64,000 nucleotides of DNA from a virus: the IMG/VR virus record IMGVR_UViG_3300027969_000042, positions 113,546 to 177,545 of that record. One strand, 5' to 3'. Positions 19,076 to 28,383 of the stretch are shown in pieces (within the stretch, counting starts at the first letter, position 1; each line of letters starts with the position of its first letter). Made by a program: the position numbers and the translations under genes. The notes beneath the pieces were generated by a model. That model had not been told where the DNA came from and did not search any database. It saw nothing but the letters and a program-made list of their open reading frames with translations.

Positions 19076-20527
19076 TTAGAAGCCTCCGAAGATGTCCATC
19101 ACGACCGACAACCTTTTAGTTATTTCAGGTAAACCTAATGGTTCAATAATTGAATTGATTGGAGAAAGTATAGCTTTCGCGAACTGTTCGTCATAATCTA
19201 TCTCTGGAGCGAACTCATGAGGGTATGAACCTCTCATATAAGCAAACTGATCATTCACAGTTTTATCCTTACAAACATAATACTTAATCTTTGTACCCGA
19301 TTTAATAAATTCATATTTCTGTTGTGCTGCTCTATCCAAATTTAATAAGTAATTATGATAAGCAGCTGCTTTGACTGCGAAGTGAGCACCATTTACATAT
19401 CTCAAAGGTAAAACCTTATCATCAATAATTTTAGCATCATAGTTAGAACAAGAAGACTGCATTGCAATATCATCAATATCAGCTAGCTCAAACTCTTTTC
19501 TAAGATTTTTAACTAACTTCAATAATTCTTTTATGTTGAATGTATCTGGATTAGAAAATAAGTATCTTACAATATCTACAATCTTATCTCTTGCAAATAA
19601 AGGTGTAGATGATCTTACAAGTTCAACTCCTTTAGGGAATATGTAAGTCATAGGATCAAAGTTGATACCATCTTCATGTACAATATGCTGAATATATTTC
19701 TTTTTAGCAATATTGATAATTGATTCAGAAATCTTTTCTAACTCAAAGTCTTCTTTATTCTCTACTCCAAATGAAGCAGCATAATCTTCTAAACATTGTT
19801 TGAAATATCCACCATACCTAAAATGGTCTAAGCCTTGAATTAGTTCTAATTCACTAGTCCAATTCCATTTTATTTCTGATGTAAATACACCATCATTTAT
19901 CATACCATTAAGATTTCTATCTTTAATAAAATACCCATCAAATACTAATAGGTCATACGCATTACAAATTGTATCTTTTAATTCACTAACTGAATGAACA
20001 ACGGCAACGCAGTTTGGATTATTATGTCTTACTTTTTCTTTTGAAAGAACAATAAACTTTTTATCAATCTTATCAACTTCACTTAAAACTAAATTCTCCC
20101 AATCACAATGATCAATTGCTGGTTTAAATGATACAAATAATGAGTCAGTATCAGCATAAATACTAACATGTTCATTTTTATCAATTTGAGTAACATTTTT
20201 TATTCCTACTTTATCGTGTACTTCAAAATCAAGATGCCATTGGTTATACCAATAATCTTCATTTACTCTATCCATTGTTTTTGTAAGATCACGACCTTGT
20301 GCCGTTATTGTGCCTGCTACGTGATTATTATATAATATGAAGTAGGCCGTTGCGAATGCTCCGCTAATTTCCCCCACCACATAACGTAGTGGGGGCTAAG
20401 CATAGGAGCCATTAAGCACAAGCTTCAATGCTGTCTGCATTGCGTTATAGTATTCAACATCTTTTTTTAGTTGTACTGCTTGTATCTTTAATGACTCTAT
20501 TTTTAATTTTTTTTCTTCTCTTGTCAT
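19076..20527 (-). CDS. gp43: Family-B DNA polymerase, C-terminal subunit (fingers-palm-thumb), interrupted by a 39-nt insertion with an in-frame TAG
   Basis: ATG at 20527 is in frame with 19076..20380. Motif B reads ALKLVLNGSY|GAFATAYF once 20363..20401 is removed (470 aa). Motif C YADTDS and AKKKY are present; motif A and the exonuclease domain are absent. Confidence 0.9.
20363..20401 (-). other. 39-nt GC-rich hairpin insertion (coding gap or mini-intron candidate) in polymerase motif B
   Basis: GCTTAGCCCCCACTACGTTATGTGGTGGGGGAAATTAGC lies between TAT (Tyr) and GGA (Gly); stem CCCCCAC/GTGGGGG; TAG at 20396..20398. Confidence 0.85.
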
Positions 20528-20531
20528 AAAT

Positions 20532-20558
20532 ATTATATGAATATATATATAAAAGTTT
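20532..20558 (-). promoter_or_regulatory. Putative early/middle promoter AAACTT-N15-TATAAT (polymerase subunit)
   Basis: The same architecture recurs upstream of replication genes. Confidence 0.5.
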
Positions 20559-20591
20559 TAAAGGAACATATGGGGCTTTAATATATATGTT

Positions 20592-21455
20592 ATGATAAAG
20601 AATGACAAAATTAAAGTAAATATTTCATATAGGAATATTACACATTATATTAAATTAGGATATAATCCTATTTTAAATAAAGAATTAGAAATCGAAACTA
20701 ATCATTTATCAACATCATCACATGTTAAGATTGATGTTATATGTAAAATATGTGGAATCGAGAATAATATTATGTATTATAAATATATTGATAATGTTGA
20801 AAGACACGGTTTCTATGGTTGTAGAAAATGCTCCAGACAAAAAGCGGCAATGACATCATTAGAGAAATATGGAGTTGATAATTATAGTAAAACAAATGAA
20901 TGGAAGGATAGAGTTGAAAAAACAAATATTGATAAATTCGGTTATAAAACAAATTTATTATCACCTGATTATAAAGAAAGTATATCAAATATATTACTTG
21001 ATAAATATGGTACAAAAAATTGGTGGGAGATAAGAAATACTAATAAAAAATCAAAGTTAGTTATAATTGATAATATTATTAAAAATGTAATAATATATTC
21101 CGAAGATTTATATGATAACGGATTTATAAATGATAATTACCTTCTGTATAGAAATGAATGTAGAAGAATAACAAATTCTAATATTAAAAATCTAATGATT
21201 GAATGGAATGGTACTGATTACTATACTAAAGAGAATATATCGAATAATTTTACTCTACCACATAATGATCCTGGGTACCCAACAATAGATCATAAAGAAT
21301 CGGTTTATTTTGGATTTACTAATAATATAAGTTCCGAAGATATAGGTTCACTAGAAAATTTATGTATTACAAAAAGAGGTATAAACTCAACAAAAAGAGA
21401 TTTATGTGAATTGGAGTTTTTAGAAAAGTTTTTAAATAAAAAAGAAGAACATTAG
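20592..21455 (+). mobile_element. Free-standing HNH homing endonuclease with a Zn-finger/KYGVDN-type DNA-binding N-terminus
   Basis: CKIC...CRKC, KYGVDNYSK and a C-terminal PTIDHK...ENLCITKRGIN HNH motif; late promoter upstream. Confidence 0.75.
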
Positions 21456-21985
21456 TTCTTCTTTTTTGGTTTTAATATCATAAGCCATTTACTAGACTCA
21501 AGTTTTGGTATATTTTCGGCAGATCCAAACTCGTCCAACATTGTGGCAAATTTTAGCATTACTAGTTGTCCTCTATCTGGATTACCTTTTTGTCTTCCTT
21601 TTAATTGAATAACACATTTTACTTTATCATTATCCAAAAGGAACTCTTTACCCTTCTTAGCTTTAATCTCTAAATCGTGATCTGAAATCTCACAAGAAAG
21701 TTTTATTTCTTTTAATTCTGATTTAATTGCATTTTTCTTTTGTTCTTTTAACATTTTCTCGATGTTATAAAGGAACTTACCATAATCTTCAATTTTGGCA
21801 ATAGGTGGATCTTGATTCTCATTTATTAAAATAAGATCTTTTCCTTCTTCATCTGCAAGACGAAGTGCGTCTTTAGTTCTGATTATTTCTGGTGCTGCAC
21901 CGGTAACGATTAGTCTAACTTCAAATGACTTAATGTCGTCATTTATTTTATGTTTTCTTTTATTATTTGGTTGTTTTTTATTCAA
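21452..21985 (-). CDS. infC: Translation initiation factor IF-3
   Basis: INDDIKSFEVRLI, DLILI...PPIAKIEDYGKFLY, KEIKL...HDLEIK...DKVK..I...GRQ. Confidence 0.95.
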   Translation of the reverse strand: MNKKQPNNKRKHKINDDIKSFEVRLIVTGAAPEIIRTKDALRLADEEGKDLILINENQDPPIAKIEDYGKFLYNIEKMLKEQKKNAIKSELKEIKLSCEISDHDLEIKAKKGKEFLLDNDKVKCVIQLKGRQKGNPDRGQLVMLKFATMLDEFGSAENIPKLESSKWLMILKPKKKN

Positions 21986-22187
21986 TGTTGAATAGCTTTA
22001 TTATTTTTATTTGTCTGTTTATATATTTGTTTTTAAAATCGTAAGAATTCTTTTTCCAGATTTCCCACCATTTGTTTTTTGATTTCAGTGATTCTAGTGG
22101 TATTTTGATTACTAATCTTTGATCGTTACCAATTATATTCCAATCCCAAGTCATTTTATTACTCATCGTCGTCCAGCATCTGTTCAA
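21978..22187 (-). CDS. Small hypothetical protein
   Basis: ORF filling the gap between the clamp gene and infC; true start may be about 22154. Confidence 0.45.
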   Translation of the reverse strand: MNRCWTTMSNKMTWDWNIIGNDQRLVIKIPLESLKSKNKWWEIWKKNSYDFKNKYINRQIKIIKLFNIE

Positions 22188-22941
22188 AGCTCAACATTAA
22201 ATTTGAGTTATTGTCTTTTATAAGCATGAAATTTTCAAAAATAAGGAACTCTATATTTTCCATCTTATCATTTATACAACTTAAAAATCTTTTATTTAGT
22301 ATCAAAGTTGCGTTTCTATCATCGTTTAAATTATCTACTTCTAATTCCCAAGAAGATTTCTCTGATAAAGTAACAACTCCTTTAACAACGTCCATATTTA
22401 TGATTCTCTCACCATTTATACCAGATAACTTTTTAATGTCTAAGAAATCACTATTAGGAATATTAAAAGTCCATTTTTTATTTCTAACATCTAATCTAGT
22501 TGCCAGTGCTACTTTACCAATATCTCTTATTGTCCCACCTTCACCACCTAACCAGTTTACTTTAAATTTACCAGAAGATATTTGAAGACCTCTTGCAATA
22601 TATAATGAATCATCATCTGGTGATTCTTTATAAGAAACATCAAATCCTATTTTATCCATATCTTTTATGAATGCCAAGTTTTTAACGAACTTTTTAGCAG
22701 AAGGTATGATAATATCTAATGAAAAATCTTCCATATCATTATCAAAGTACTCTTTTGTAGGTAAAAGAAAGTTTTTGAATGCCAAAATAACATTACCACC
22801 ACCTAACATTGCATACATTAAAATATTTTCATTATCTATCTTTAATTTAACGGTGTCATCAATGGATGCTACGGTATTTAACTTCTCGATGAAGTCACTA
22901 AACATACTTGGTACTACTTTTAACTTTACTTTTCCTGCCAT
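22159..22941 (-). CDS. gp45: Probable DNA sliding clamp (gp45/PCNA-like)
   Basis: 260 aa with a two-domain beta/alpha pattern (LKIDNENILMYA...LILNKRFLSCI...IEFLIFENFMLI); replication context. Confidence 0.55.
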   Translation of the reverse strand: MAGKVKLKVVPSMFSDFIEKLNTVASIDDTVKLKIDNENILMYAMLGGGNVILAFKNFLLPTKEYFDNDMEDFSLDIIIPSAKKFVKNLAFIKDMDKIGFDVSYKESPDDDSLYIARGLQISSGKFKVNWLGGEGGTIRDIGKVALATRLDVRNKKWTFNIPNSDFLDIKKLSGINGERIINMDVVKGVVTLSEKSSWELEVDNLNDDRNATLILNKRFLSCINDKMENIEFLIFENFMLIKDNNSNLMLSFEQMLDDDE

Positions 22942-23011
22942 ATTTAATTTAATTATTAGAGATTATATGAAAAAGTTGATTTTTTGTTTAATAGTTTTTA
23001 ATATATAATTT

Positions 23012-23983
23012 ATGATTAAAAACTGGAACCAATTTATCAACGAGAATGTCACTAACCCAGATAGTTATTTAGACATGAGAATGCAAGAAATCAAAGATTT
23101 ACTTGACAACACTGAAAATAGTGATACACTTATATATGAGTGGGAGAATAAAGATGACCATGAGTTGTTTATAAATTTCTCAGCAAATGGTATGAATGTT
23201 AGATATGAATTTGACATTGATGATATGAAAGTTACTAAAATTGCAAATGATGTACTTGACTACGAAGAACAAGTTGAATCAATGGAAGCAGGAGTTGAAA
23301 TGATTGAAAAAGATATTCACTCTATATTAGGTATATCTGAAAGTAAAGTAAATGAAGCAATCGTTGATTATAAAAATGAGGCAGTAGATGGTTTAATGGG
23401 AGAAATCAATACATATCCGAGACATCATAGATTTCAAATACCAGAATTGACTGCACTCGGAGCAGAGTATGATATAGAAATTGTAGATTATAATACTTTT
23501 TTAAATGATTTACCCGAAAGAGATAAAGCAACTGCACCTCCAAGATCGGCTCAGTTTTTTGCTTTAGTAAATCCGGTTACTAAAAGACCTAGAATTGTTT
23601 TAAATTTACCAATGCCTTTTATACCAAAAGACTTCTTTGATCAAGTTCCACTTGGTGACATACTTAAACATGAACAAATTCACGTAGGGCAACATTCTAG
23701 AAGACCTAATATAGATATGGCATTACCAGAACCAAAAGATCAGAAAAAATATTTCTCTAATAAAGATGAAGTTATGGCGTTTGCCTTCTCAGTTGCTAAG
23801 GAAATAGTTACTATGTTTCCAACAATCACAACTCCTAAAGAGGGAATAGATAAACTTACTCAAAACCCAGGTAGATTTAGACTATATGGTGATATTAAAA
23901 GAAATGTTGATCCATTTATCTTAAAAAGATACCACAAATATATATACTTATATTTAGAAGACTTATTGAAAACAGAAGAATAA
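23012..23983 (+). CDS. Two-domain protein with a C-terminal HExxH zincin-like domain
   Basis: LKHEQIH...YFSNKDEVMAFA; N-terminus MIKNWNQFINE. Confidence 0.6.
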   Translation: MIKNWNQFINENVTNPDSYLDMRMQEIKDLLDNTENSDTLIYEWENKDDHELFINFSANGMNVRYEFDIDDMKVTKIANDVLDYEEQVESMEAGVEMIEKDIHSILGISESKVNEAIVDYKNEAVDGLMGEINTYPRHHRFQIPELTALGAEYDIEIVDYNTFLNDLPERDKATAPPRSAQFFALVNPVTKRPRIVLNLPMPFIPKDFFDQVPLGDILKHEQIHVGQHSRRPNIDMALPEPKDQKKYFSNKDEVMAFAFSVAKEIVTMFPTITTPKEGIDKLTQNPGRFRLYGDIKRNVDPFILKRYHKYIYLYLEDLLKTEE

Positions 23984-24249
23984 TGAAACACTTAAAATTA
24001 TTTGAAGAATTCAATTTTGATATTGAACCATTTGATGTTCATGGTAGTGAACTTGAAGTTTTTATTGATGACCAAGAATTCTCATTTAAAGTAATAAATG
24101 GAGAAGTTAGTTTCTCAAGTGAAGATGACTTTGAAAGAGCATTTGAAATTGGTATTGAATTAGATGATGAGTTAAGATCTTATATACTTGATGAGTATAA
24201 TAAAATGTTAAGTAAAACTAGAATGAAAAGATTTGGTTTCTTTAAATAA
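23983..24249 (+). CDS. Small hypothetical protein with a capsid-targeting-like N-terminus
   Basis: Starts MKHLKLFEEF; start overlaps the upstream stop codon. Confidence 0.65.
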   Translation: MKHLKLFEEFNFDIEPFDVHGSELEVFIDDQEFSFKVINGEVSFSSEDDFERAFEIGIELDDELRSYILDEYNKMLSKTRMKRFGFFK

Positions 24250-24576
24250 TTAAAGCATTTCATTTACATTCTCTCTTATAAACTTTTCTATTTCCTTTAA
24301 TTTCTTTCTTGATGTTTTTACATCAAGTTGTATTCTCCAATTACCTACTTTATTTTCATCATCTTCAGTAATTTCTCTTACATCTAATTTTAATTCAAGT
24401 AACTCTTCAAATAACTCAGGTTTTGAAAGTAAATCTTCTTTAGTAAATGTTCTACTTATTTTAGGAAATACATAATCACCATTTTCATTAGGTTCAGTAA
24501 TATCTCCTTTTTGTAGAATTATTTCTTCACCAAATCCGGTATTTAATATAAAGTCGTTTATTAGTCTAAATTTCAT
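24250..24576 (-). CDS. Hypothetical protein
   Basis: 108-aa ORF filling the gap. Confidence 0.6.
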   Translation of the reverse strand: MKFRLINDFILNTGFGEEIILQKGDITEPNENGDYVFPKISRTFTKEDLLSKPELFEELLELKLDVREITEDDENKVGNWRIQLDVKTSRKKLKEIEKFIRENVNEML

Positions 24577-24658
24577 AATGATTATATCAAAGTTGATAAC
24601 TTTGTTTAAACTAATTTACATTTTCATGTATAACATAAGAACATTAAAAATATCTAAA

Positions 24659-25729
24659 ATGAAATTAAACAAAAAGTTTTTAAAAGAGTACTTGAATAGT
24701 ACTTCTCCAACAGGTTTTGAGTATGAATTAGGTGGACAAAAAGTTTGGATGGACAATATTGAAAAATATGTCGATTCTGTTGAACTTGATAATTATGGTA
24801 CTGCCTATGGTGTTACCGGTAATTTAGAGTCTGACTTTAAAGTTGTTATCGAAGCACACTCTGATGAAATCAGTTGGTTTGTAAACTACATTGACTCAAA
24901 AGGATATATTAGAGTTATCAGAAATGGTGGCTCTGACGTACAAATTGCTCCTTCTATGAGAGTAAATCTATGGGGTGAAAAGGGTGCCGTTACAGGTGTC
25001 TTTGGACATCCAGCGATACATATCTCTGATAGAAAGAAAGAGGTTGATTTAAACTCAATTTTTATCGATATTGGTGCTTCTTCAAAAGAAGATGTTGCTA
25101 AAATGGGTATTAAAGTTGGTACAGTAGTTACTTTTAAAGATGAGTTGATGAAACTTGGTAATGATTACTACTCTGGTAGAGCACTTGACAATAGAATTGG
25201 TGGTTTTATGATTGCCGAGGTTGCAAGAAAATTGAAAGAGAAAGGTAAAAAACTACCATTTAAACTTTACATTGTTAATTCAGTTCAAGAAGAAATTGGA
25301 TTACGTGGTGCTGAAATGATTGCACACACAATTAAGCCAAATGTTGCTATTATAACTGATGTTTGTCATGAGACATCGTCACCTTGTTATACTGCAAGTA
25401 AACAAGGCGATCATATTGCTGGTGATGGAGGTGTTATTACAAGAGGTCCTGCAGTTCATAATAAATTGAGAAAATTGATTTTGGATACCGCAACGGCTAA
25501 AAAAATCCCTCACCAGTTAGCAGCTTCTTCGAGATCAACTGGAACAGATACCGATGCATTTGCTTATGCGAATGGTGGTACTCCTTCTGCACTTATTTCT
25601 TTAGCACTCAAGTACATGCACACAACTTGTGAAACTGTTCATAAGGAAGATATTAAAAATGTTATAGAGTTGATTTACGAAACTCTTCTAAATATTGAAG
25701 AAAATCATGACTTTAAATACAACTCTTAA
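24659..25729 (+). CDS. M42-family (TET-like) aminopeptidase
   Basis: AHSDEI, RALDNR, VQEEIGLRGA, TDV and YMHT metal ligands; start MKLNKK at 24659. Confidence 0.9.
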   Translation: MKLNKKFLKEYLNSTSPTGFEYELGGQKVWMDNIEKYVDSVELDNYGTAYGVTGNLESDFKVVIEAHSDEISWFVNYIDSKGYIRVIRNGGSDVQIAPSMRVNLWGEKGAVTGVFGHPAIHISDRKKEVDLNSIFIDIGASSKEDVAKMGIKVGTVVTFKDELMKLGNDYYSGRALDNRIGGFMIAEVARKLKEKGKKLPFKLYIVNSVQEEIGLRGAEMIAHTIKPNVAIITDVCHETSSPCYTASKQGDHIAGDGGVITRGPAVHNKLRKLILDTATAKKIPHQLAASSRSTGTDTDAFAYANGGTPSALISLALKYMHTTCETVHKEDIKNVIELIYETLLNIEENHDFKYNS

Positions 25730-25733
25730 AAAC

Positions 25734-25762
25734 AACCCATCTTTTAAAAAGATGGGTTTTTT
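25734..25762 (+). terminator. Intrinsic terminator
   Basis: AACCCATCTTTT...AAAAGATGGGTT plus a T tract. Confidence 0.8.
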
Positions 25763-25778
25763 ATTTAATATATAGTTT

Positions 25779-26228
25779 ATGAAATATATTAAACATTATG
25801 AAGGTTTTATACCAAAAGGTGGGTTATATGGTGCAGAGAAGGGTACGAAAGTACCATTATCACAATATGGTGGTATGTTATATAACTCTGAACAAGAAGC
25901 TAAAAAAAGAGTTGCTGTTGCAGACTTAAAAATTGGTGATAAAATTAAATTTATAAAATCTACATCATTATTTAGAAGATTGATGCCATCATTTACTCAC
26001 AAAGTGGCTGGACACGGTGAAGAATATTTCTTAAAAAATGAAGTTTATGAATTTGTTAATTATTGGAGTGATTTTGCAAGAGATTCTGGTTGGGATTATG
26101 ATGAAACTATAGCAATGGAATTTGAATGTTTAGAGTCTGCTAAATCAAATAGGATAGGAACTACATTTGTTTTTTCACTAAGACATTTTCACGAATACAA
26201 AGACGAAGGTAAATTTATAATAATATAA
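25779..26228 (+). CDS. Hypothetical protein with a capsid-targeting-like N-terminus
   Basis: Starts MKYIKHYEGF. Confidence 0.6.
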   Translation: MKYIKHYEGFIPKGGLYGAEKGTKVPLSQYGGMLYNSEQEAKKRVAVADLKIGDKIKFIKSTSLFRRLMPSFTHKVAGHGEEYFLKNEVYEFVNYWSDFARDSGWDYDETIAMEFECLESAKSNRIGTTFVFSLRHFHEYKDEGKFIII

Positions 26229-27292
26229 TGATTAGCAAGTATAACCAATTTTTAATAAATGAATCTAAACTTATACTAGAAGCATTTTTAAGTGCAGATA
26301 CAAGTTTCTTATCTAAATTAGATAAAATTTCAAGACAGTCAAATTTTTCATCTACAATTGCACATATGCTTTTATCTAGAATTAATGATAAAGACTGGGT
26401 TTCTGAGATAGATTTAAAACAAGATTTCTTTAAAACAACTGATGATAAAGATAAAGTATCTTTTATTCAAACAAACAGAGTAAAAGATGATGTAGATCCA
26501 TATACAATGGCTGGTAGAAGTGATCTTAAAGTTGGTAGAGCAATAAAATACATAGCAAAAGATTTATATGATATTAAGATTACTGATAAACAAATAGAAG
26601 ATTTTGTAAATGTTTATAAATCAATTGCAGATGAAGGAGAAGCAGATTTTCAATTTTATGTTGGAGAAGAAATAAAATCAGGTTATGCTGAAGAGAATTA
26701 CTTTGATAGAAACTTAGGAACTCTGGGTAGCTCTTGTATGACTGGACACCCATCATTTCTTAAAATATACGCTAAAAATGAAAAGAAAGTTAGATTACTA
26801 GTTCTTCTCGAAGATGGTAAAATATGTGGTAGAGCATTAGTTTGGAAATTAGATAAATCTCCTTGTGATGCAGAATATTTTATGGATAGGGTTTATACAA
26901 ACCGTGATTATGAAGTAAATAAATTTACACAATATGCTGAGAAAAATGGATGGTTATACAAACAAAGTATGACTTGTGGTGATTCTGCAGCAGTAAAGTT
27001 TAAATATAATGGAAAAGAATTATTAGGAGAAATATCTGTTAAGATAGATGGTAAACATTCCAAATATCCTTATATGGATACTTTATTTTGTTTAAATAAA
27101 GATAAAGATGAACTTTCTAATGTTCCTTCTTGGAAATGTTATAGATTATGGGACACCGATGGTGATCGCGAAAGATGTGATGACTGTGAAGGTAAATCAA
27201 AGAATAAGAATCTATGTTATGGTTGTTCAGAAGGTGTAATGGTTTTAAAACAATCAGGTATTGAAATAGACGTTGAGAAGGGAAGAGGTTAA
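26228..27292 (+). CDS. Conserved phage protein of the SCM/GRALVW/DRVY type, paralog of 39451..40590
   Basis: GSSCM...GRALVW...MDRVY...YPYMDT; C-terminal CxxC/CxxC. Confidence 0.7.
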   Translation: MISKYNQFLINESKLILEAFLSADTSFLSKLDKISRQSNFSSTIAHMLLSRINDKDWVSEIDLKQDFFKTTDDKDKVSFIQTNRVKDDVDPYTMAGRSDLKVGRAIKYIAKDLYDIKITDKQIEDFVNVYKSIADEGEADFQFYVGEEIKSGYAEENYFDRNLGTLGSSCMTGHPSFLKIYAKNEKKVRLLVLLEDGKICGRALVWKLDKSPCDAEYFMDRVYTNRDYEVNKFTQYAEKNGWLYKQSMTCGDSAAVKFKYNGKELLGEISVKIDGKHSKYPYMDTLFCLNKDKDELSNVPSWKCYRLWDTDGDRERCDDCEGKSKNKNLCYGCSEGVMVLKQSGIEIDVEKGRG

Positions 27293-27374
27293 ATTATAAA
27301 TATTCTTATTATTATTTCCATTCTCTTATATCGTCTTAATACAGTAGCCATTAAAAATGGATTTACACTAGTCA

Positions 27375-27869
27375 TTATTTACCTAAGTAATTCATCAACT
27401 CAATCATATTCTTAACTGCAAATCCTAATGATTCAAGATTTTTAACAGTATCTCTCATATAAGAAATATAAGCTTCTATAATTTCCATTGCTCTATCATT
27501 TTCTGCTAAATGCCCATCAATTAAAATACCCTTTTCTCCCATATTTGTTTTGATACCAAATCCAGTTGCATAAAAAACAAACTTATCTTGTTTAAGTTTT
27601 TTAATTTTAGTCATTTCTCTACTTCGTTTATTTAAAAAGAAGTTTATTTGCTCATTTAACATTTGTCTATATGAAAGTGCAATAGCTTGAGTATCTAATA
27701 TTACTTTAGAATTTGCAGGATTTACTAAATCTAATGATAATGATTTAAAAAGTGGATCAACATTTTTACTCCACTCTGATCTTTTATCATTGAAGTACTC
27801 TTCTAACTTATCGTTAGTTTCTTTAGCTTTAGTAATTCTATCTATTTCTTCTTGACTAAATAAATTCAT
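27375..27869 (-). CDS. uvsY: UvsY-like recombination mediator
   Basis: Helical protein ending VKNLESLGFAVKNMIELMNYLGK, similar to the UvsY C-terminus. Confidence 0.55.
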   Translation of the reverse strand: MNLFSQEEIDRITKAKETNDKLEEYFNDKRSEWSKNVDPLFKSLSLDLVNPANSKVILDTQAIALSYRQMLNEQINFFLNKRSREMTKIKKLKQDKFVFYATGFGIKTNMGEKGILIDGHLAENDRAMEIIEAYISYMRDTVKNLESLGFAVKNMIELMNYLGK

Positions 27870-27870
27870 A

Positions 27871-28272
27871 TTAAATATCCATTTTTTTTAATTTATAACC
27901 TCTTAACAAACCTTTTTGATTAGTATTTGTGAATGTATTATTTATTAAATCTCCAACCGTCTTTTCGAGATTATCTTGAATATATTCCTCAAAAATATTT
28001 GTCCATTTTTCCACTAATTCAGTATCTTCAACTACGATAGTATCCATATTAGAAAAAATATCAATACATTTATTTCGATTATCTATTACAATTGTAAAGT
28101 CTGATATATAAAGTCCATTTTTTGAGAAACTAATTTCTGTCTCTTCTTCTTGTTCAACTTTGATATTTAAGTAGTAATGTCTGTAGCCATATTTCATCTT
28201 TTTTAATAAAGAAATATCTTCACTCTCGATATTATTGAAAAGATGTGTTAAAAAGCTGTCTAATTCGTTCAT
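27871..28272 (-). CDS. Hypothetical protein
   Basis: ORF upstream of the uvsY-like gene. Confidence 0.6.
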   Translation of the reverse strand: MNELDSFLTHLFNNIESEDISLLKKMKYGYRHYYLNIKVEQEEETEISFSKNGLYISDFTIVIDNRNKCIDIFSNMDTIVVEDTELVEKWTNIFEEYIQDNLEKTVGDLINNTFTNTNQKGLLRGYKLKKMDI

Positions 28273-28352
28273 TCATAGGCCATTATTTTTTAATTCCTAA
28301 TTAAGGAGTTAAACTTCAACTTATATGAAATACTAACATGTTAGTTTAAAAG

Positions 28353-28381
28353 AAAAAGCCTCATTTTTAGTGAGGCTTTTT
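28353..28381 (-). terminator. Intrinsic terminator
   Basis: AAAAAGCCTCA...TGAGGCTTTTT. Confidence 0.8.
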
Positions 28382-28383
28382 AA

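Noticed and set aside
19076-20380. GTG start at 20380 as the true polymerase start
   Set aside because: It lies inside the inserted hairpin and would split the essential KxxxNxxYG motif.
20396-20398. Genome-wide TAG reassignment (code 15) as the explanation for the polymerase stop
   Set aside because: The other long genes are intact in the standard code, TAG ends real genes (for example 4331..6475), and read-through would put 13 aa inside motif B.
20355-20410. Canonical bulge-helix-bulge or group I intron at the polymerase insert
   Set aside because: Neither junction register gives a 4-bp central helix with correctly oriented 3-nt bulges, and 39 nt cannot hold a group I catalytic core.
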